From the IMG/VR virus record IMGVR_UViG_3300027212_000006, positions 30,456 to 94,455 of that record: a DNA stretch of 64,000 nucleotides. The stretch is one strand, 5' to 3'. This document shows positions 60,301 through 64,000 of this stretch, piece after piece. The notes under the pieces are model-generated. The model was given only the letters and a program-made list of their open reading frames with translations, did not search any database and had not been told where the DNA came from. Source of the DNA: a virus (Duplodnaviria; Caudoviricetes). Both the position numbers and the translations under genes were made by a program. Every line of letters starts with the position of its first letter. The stretch's first letter is position 1.

Positions 60301-62654
60301 AGACTGCTAACATAATTTTTATTACTTAACTTAGTTTCAAGATTATATTGAGCAAGATAATGTTTAATCTTGTTTATAATGTCATACTTACTTATGTTAG
60401 AATTAAAAATATTAGTTATTTCTTCATATTGTTTTTGAGAAATTACCGAGCTGTTGTATTCTTCTTCAATTACTCTATTTGTGTTATTAATAATTTCGTC
60501 ACCCAAAATATTGATAGCACTGCTCAATGAATTATCTATCATTGTCAAACTTTGTAATGAGTAATCTAAATTATTATTATTTTGGACTGTAGAATTAACA
60601 GTCTTGATATTATTTAACAGATTTGTAATTGATTCATTTTCTGTGTTTATCTCTATATCAGACGCTTTGTAAATAATATCCTTGGTGAGGTTTGTAATGC
60701 TTTCATTAATTGTATTTTCAAAGTTTTGAACAATCTGCCTATTTTCAGTAATGCTTAAAGATTTTAAATTAAAATTGTTAACTTCTTGGTTGATGATATT
60801 TTGAATAAAGTTTTTAATTTCATTATTATTTATTAACTGATCAATATCTTGATTGAGTGTTGAAATAATAACATCTACATTTTCATTTTTTGAAATCGTA
60901 TTTACAATATTTGATCGAATATTATTTACATTTAGAGATGTTTTAAAATCAGTGAATGAGGAGTTAATATTATTTACTACATCTTGCTTAACATTATTTA
61001 AAACTAAACTATTATCTAAATTTTGCAATTGGCTTAATGCTACACTTGAATAGAAGTAATTTGCATTATTTACAATTGAATTTTTATGCTGATTGTAAAT
61101 ATTTTCAATTTGCTGGATATAATCTACATCATTATTTGAAAGATTATTTTGATTAATGTACTGTGCCAATCTTAGCGCACTTTCATTTACAATTTGAATA
61201 TTTGAGTTTTGAGTTATATAAGAAGACAATTCATTTCTAAGATTATTAACTTCTTTGTTTTGAATGTTTTGAATATTTGCTAAAAAACTATTATATAAAC
61301 TATAGTTGTGTAATTCATTTGTTTGATTAATTACATTTTCAAGTGGAGATAAGAAGTCTTTAAATGCATTAGATAATTGCTCAGTTTTAACTTCAGAAAA
61401 TATATTTTTAATCTGTTGAATGGATTCTAATGCAGAAACTAAATTAGTGTTATTTTGATTATTATTAACAATATTAATTATTTCATTTTTATAATTTTGA
61501 AATAAATTATTTTGTTCTAAAAAATCTTGCTCTGCCTTCATTATAATTTGTGGCAAAGTTTCATTTAAGTAGACATTCAATACCTGAATTGTTTTCTCAT
61601 CTTGTTTGTTTTCAAGTTTATTTACAATTACAGATTCAATTACTTGTTGAATATTTTTTACATCTTCAACATTATTTATCTCATTTAAAATTTGATTCTT
61701 AATTTCTTCAATCTTGTCTCCCTCAAAAACTGCTAATTCATTAACAATATTTTTGATAAGATTTTGTCTAAATTCTACTTTAGTGTTATTGAAGAATTGA
61801 TTTACATCACTTGATATTTTAGATAAGTTTACTGTATTACTATTTAGTATTTTATTTTGAAACTTGACGTCTATAATTTCAGTTTTATTATTGTTTATTG
61901 AAAGAAAATCAATGGGCTGAGTATACTGAGAAACTCTTGTAGTTTTTACTGGCTTTTCAATTTGTATAGACTTAAAATCTTCTTTTGGAATATTTGTCTG
62001 TTGGTTTTTATTGATCAGTATAGATTCTGACGGTCTAGCTTCTCTTGTTATAGATGAAGTTTTAATTTCAATTGGTTTTGCAGCAATATTGTAAGCTTGA
62101 GAAACATTTTGAGTTTCATTATAAGACTCTGAAATTTCTTGAGCTTCTGGAACTTTAATTTCAGGATTAGTTTTTTGAAGCATTTGTAAAAATTCTTTTG
62201 CTTCAGCACTAATCATATAGTCTTCTTTCTTTGATGCTAATTGCTTAACATTAAAACCCTTTTGATCTTTTTTATCAAAATCTGCAACATTCTTATATTT
62301 TGTTGGACCTTCGGTAACAAGAAAATTGCTTTTAGAGTCTTGATACGACAAAAAGACAGGGTCTGGTGGTCGGTATCCACTATAGTCCTGCTTATTTGCT
62401 GGGGAATATCTTCGAGCTACGCTAGAAGGGTTTTGAGTTAAGAAAGACTCTGATGAAGAAATACTTTCACTGGCATCATTAGTATTGCCAGCAGTGTACT
62501 TTTCTGTTGGAATGCCTTTAGCTCTTACTGGAGAGCCTTGATTTAAGTGTTCAAATGAATCGTTCAAATCAAAACCTATGTCTTTGATGTAAGAGAAAGC
62601 ATCAGATAGATTAGAAATCTTGTCATAACTCAACCATGGTTTTTTGTTTTCCAT
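57306..62654 (-). CDS. Asn/Ile-rich low-complexity 1782-aa protein (tape-measure candidate)
   Basis: Uninterrupted 5.3-kb ORF in very AT-rich DNA. Core dominated by N, I, E, Q, S, L and K. Confidence 0.75.
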   Translation of the reverse strand: MENKKPWLSYDKISNLSDAFSYIKDIGFDLNDSFEHLNQGSPVRAKGIPTEKYTAGNTNDASESISSSESFLTQNPSSVARRYSPANKQDYSGYRPPDPVFLSYQDSKSNFLVTEGPTKYKNVADFDKKDQKGFNVKQLASKKEDYMISAEAKEFLQMLQKTNPEIKVPEAQEISESYNETQNVSQAYNIAAKPIEIKTSSITREARPSESILINKNQQTNIPKEDFKSIQIEKPVKTTRVSQYTQPIDFLSINNNKTEIIDVKFQNKILNSNTVNLSKISSDVNQFFNNTKVEFRQNLIKNIVNELAVFEGDKIEEIKNQILNEINNVEDVKNIQQVIESVIVNKLENKQDEKTIQVLNVYLNETLPQIIMKAEQDFLEQNNLFQNYKNEIINIVNNNQNNTNLVSALESIQQIKNIFSEVKTEQLSNAFKDFLSPLENVINQTNELHNYSLYNSFLANIQNIQNKEVNNLRNELSSYITQNSNIQIVNESALRLAQYINQNNLSNNDVDYIQQIENIYNQHKNSIVNNANYFYSSVALSQLQNLDNSLVLNNVKQDVVNNINSSFTDFKTSLNVNNIRSNIVNTISKNENVDVIISTLNQDIDQLINNNEIKNFIQNIINQEVNNFNLKSLSITENRQIVQNFENTINESITNLTKDIIYKASDIEINTENESITNLLNNIKTVNSTVQNNNNLDYSLQSLTMIDNSLSSAINILGDEIINNTNRVIEEEYNSSVISQKQYEEITNIFNSNISKYDIINKIKHYLAQYNLETKLSNKNYVSSLSTYESLNRFTDIKNYNIESFINKVYKTSIELTNISQSLIGTRDILKTFQNTIDKISILAPNNEVVSEIQERLTKTQNTDITNKFFNLITSSNIVEEEVKNFLISQNETISNYTLNVIKENVYNSAFDDYIFVSEIKNIIEKKESLNSFATLTEIKEVLNKYNLEEVKNAFVDIKNIITNSSSDNILNNSIVENIDSYVNNLSNITSELVAKTLIENKNYSELKNISVLNQINNSNLSQQFNTAVNNITEQLNATTNVEQILNTINTELNNLSVNQSLNENTIVNENSEFINEIYNSVKNNSQEENKNYVNNLKQQFLNETLSTAENIFSNQNIKIENISNVLKTLNVNNFNSSNVNQLKNVIQGNIIANNYEINENNQLNYFANYLNNLAFKVDLIESSTTINNFEEINILARETALKYTTEFSEVKNEIKILNTLRNEIENIENYNELKQVINNFENKINQVKLEQINFIANTLIENNEYKSFVKENKELLTFSNFQETLNTNSVFLNNEVKQVLSNVLESNNSLQNVINNFSNVTQQNISSVYQSSSTNANFSNMNVLEKNNIITELNNIYSEEVVKQRFENYETKTYSNLLETVKLINLNNSLSVQQKVENIVSSISFMSTTRDSILNSLMKNYNVFNMERTFNYLTKNLVEQAELNIQNYDIQKVITQTLNNNIYINQNILNSQVVSRASDLIKNTLKTEIFNENIDNILNQQNNTELPNDLASVLKSTNNYSLLNTVILDNVQNEINEVISQKITNNSAQNYSQLSVLNYDNNSKNISLPDNISKINTTSTTEQTFENTTRSFEVINNEEDVDVSNLRIDKIWNNFVKTEVNKIVEEINSDGEINNVNNVDQRTFNNTSSNINSTSSNIVNNSYESNVNQDFSSTKNESNYYSLNDSSVVAPNTSKIIRETETTITEVERINILQITETVFEKIEQKLKSYNVTQEDIVILKQKIIFEVTEYYERRTSEEIRKTEKRVKDDIQDMFIKFLNT

Positions 62655-62678
62655 TAGTTGTGTTATACGTTAGAGAAT

Positions 62679-63992
62679 TTAAATCAATTTGAAGTTTGAC
62701 TTTTTCTTTAATTCTGGATGATCATTTAATATTTGCTCAATTGTATCTCCAGCATGATCAGGAGATTCTTTTAAAGCAGTGCCTTCACCAGGAAGTAAAC
62801 CATCCCAATAATTTGCAGCTTCATCATCTTCAAGCTTTTTAAATCCAGCAATTTTGACAAACTTACTTTTAGTTTTAGCAAATGCTGCGCTAGGTGATTC
62901 AATTGCTTTGGTATAGAAATCTTTAGTGAACGAACCACTCAAAGCATCTTGCAAATTAGATAGACCCTTAGATTCTAATTGGCTTAACTTACTCTTTTCT
63001 TGAACAATATCAGCTTGTAATGCAGTTTTTCTTTCACCAACTGCCGCAGCCTCCATTGCTTGTAGATTTTGAATTTTTTGTTTTTGTTCTTGAATTAAAG
63101 GTTCATTAAGTCTATTAAGTTCCATGACATGGCCAACTGCAAAAGGTCCACCTAAGGTTTTTTGAATTAGCTCAGCGTCAGTAGCTGTTTGAGAACCGCC
63201 AAAGAATCTTATATCTCTTTGTTTCATTGATTGCTCAATGGTTGCGCCTTCTCTTTCTACTTCTAACTGCTCTTTCTTAATATTGTCAATTTTAATCTTT
63301 AATTGATTTAAGTTAACTTTTAATTGTTCTACTTGGGCTGCTGCCTGTTCACTAGTAGACGAAACACCAGCCATGATTGTAGGATTAGAAAGAACTCTTT
63401 CATAAGTTTGTAATAAAGCCTCTCCAGACTTGATAGCGGCATTAGTACTCTCTACCATGGTACCAATCTTGCCTTTAACTTGCTCAGCGCTGTTATAGGC
63501 AACTTGCTTATCTTCTCCAAGTTCTTTAACTATAGTTTTAATCATTCCGGCATTTGTTCCGCCGGTACCATAATAAGAACTCTTAGCTGTTTCGTAATTT
63601 TTGATTGCTCTATCAAACTGTTGTTGGTGCTGTCTAAATAATTTATTATTTATAACTGCGCCAAACACAGCTTCGGAAGTTTCTTGTAAAGTTGCGTTTA
63701 AGTCACCAACATTTGTAGTGGATCCAGTTGTAACAAAATCCAGCCCTGCACTTAGAGCTTTTTGAAAATTGGGTGCTCCAGCCACAGCTGCAACATAGTT
63801 TCTCAATTCTCCACTTAATTTAGTGACTTCAGTTGCATTTCCACTTATTGATGCATTATTAAGAGCTATCATTGCGTTTATTGCTTTTGAAGCATTAACA
63901 TTGAAAATAGGGTTTACTCCGAGTAATGGAGTTTTTTTAATATCCTCTTGAAGTTTTGCGTCAAGCTCATTTTTTAAGATTCTAGGGTCCAT
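62679..63992 (-). CDS. Coiled-coil hypothetical protein, possibly 5'-truncated
   Basis: At least 437 aa; the frame is open to the window edge. A/Q/K/E-rich heptads, with KFVKIAG before an acidic tail. Confidence 0.7.
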   Translation of the reverse strand: MDPRILKNELDAKLQEDIKKTPLLGVNPIFNVNASKAINAMIALNNASISGNATEVTKLSGELRNYVAAVAGAPNFQKALSAGLDFVTTGSTTNVGDLNATLQETSEAVFGAVINNKLFRQHQQQFDRAIKNYETAKSSYYGTGGTNAGMIKTIVKELGEDKQVAYNSAEQVKGKIGTMVESTNAAIKSGEALLQTYERVLSNPTIMAGVSSTSEQAAAQVEQLKVNLNQLKIKIDNIKKEQLEVEREGATIEQSMKQRDIRFFGGSQTATDAELIQKTLGGPFAVGHVMELNRLNEPLIQEQKQKIQNLQAMEAAAVGERKTALQADIVQEKSKLSQLESKGLSNLQDALSGSFTKDFYTKAIESPSAAFAKTKSKFVKIAGFKKLEDDEAANYWDGLLPGEGTALKESPDHAGDTIEQILNDHPELKKKSNFKLI

Positions 63993-64000
63993 GTTTGCTG

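Larger units (their letters stand above)
1..64000. mobile_element. Segment of a jumbo/huge tailed bacteriophage genome (virion module plus host-like replication/chaperone genes)
   Basis: Most of the window encodes very large Ser/Thr/Asn-rich virion-type proteins with tail-fibre modules. Host-like genes (gyrBA, dnaK, dnaJ, rnhB) lack their usual chromosomal neighbours. SD sites and intrinsic terminators are bacterial-type. Confidence 0.9.

Noticed and set aside
39-62441. Short 60-180 aa ORFs overlapping long genes (e.g. 806-1054, 8608-9012, 13722-14264, 15817-16137, 26909-27280)
   Set aside because: These are antisense or alternate-frame shadows of well-supported genes, with no recognisable motifs.
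1-64000. Genome-wide stop-codon reassignment (code 15 or 4), as in some huge phages
   Set aside because: Multi-kb ORFs are intact in the standard code, and TAG ends a protein at its conserved C-terminus (IFKL* at 10390).
1-64000. Bacterial chromosome, eCIS/tailocin locus or eukaryotic giant virus
   Set aside because: Housekeeping genes lack chromosomal context (no dnaA, dnaN, recF, hrcA or grpE). No sheath or eCIS-type ATPase set was recognised. SD sites, intrinsic terminators and gyrase point to a bacterial phage.
1-64000. tRNA, rRNA, CRISPR array, DGR, integrase or IS elements
   Set aside because: Intergenic gaps are at most about 250 nt and show no cloverleaf or repeat-spacer pattern. 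No reverse transcriptase, integrase or transposase motifs were seen.

Overview
This 64-kb, AT-rich, densely coding window reads in the standard genetic code and looks like part of a jumbo/huge tailed-phage genome, not a bacterial chromosome. The + strand block (1-14.1 kb) holds a 5'-truncated giant tail-fibre-like gene, two putative head/internal proteins, a complete gyrB-gyrA pair, small tail proteins and two paralogous tail-tube-like genes; it ends at a bidirectional terminator. The - strand block (14.1-64 kb) holds a ~38-kb run of very large virion genes (an Asn/Ile-rich 1782-aa protein, a hub-like protein and multidomain fibre/adhesin proteins up to 3056 aa). Next come three serine proteases of different clans, dnaJ, a holin-like gene, an SF2 helicase and a coupled dnaK-rnhB-MerC-like-DUF151-like operon. 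Signals not in the ORF track: (1) a recurring WAGG-N18/19-AGAATA promoter-like motif upstream of structural and maturation genes, distinct from sigma70-like leaderless starts at host-like genes; (2) a 23-aa amphipathic peptide with a perfect Shine-Dalgarno (SD) site; (3) nested domain insertions in the virion proteins; (4) non-intein insertions in GyrB and the helicase; (5) a PVC-type, probably quinolone-insensitive GyrA. No tRNA, rRNA, CRISPR array, integrase or transposase was seen. All product calls come from motifs recognised by eye; no searches were run.
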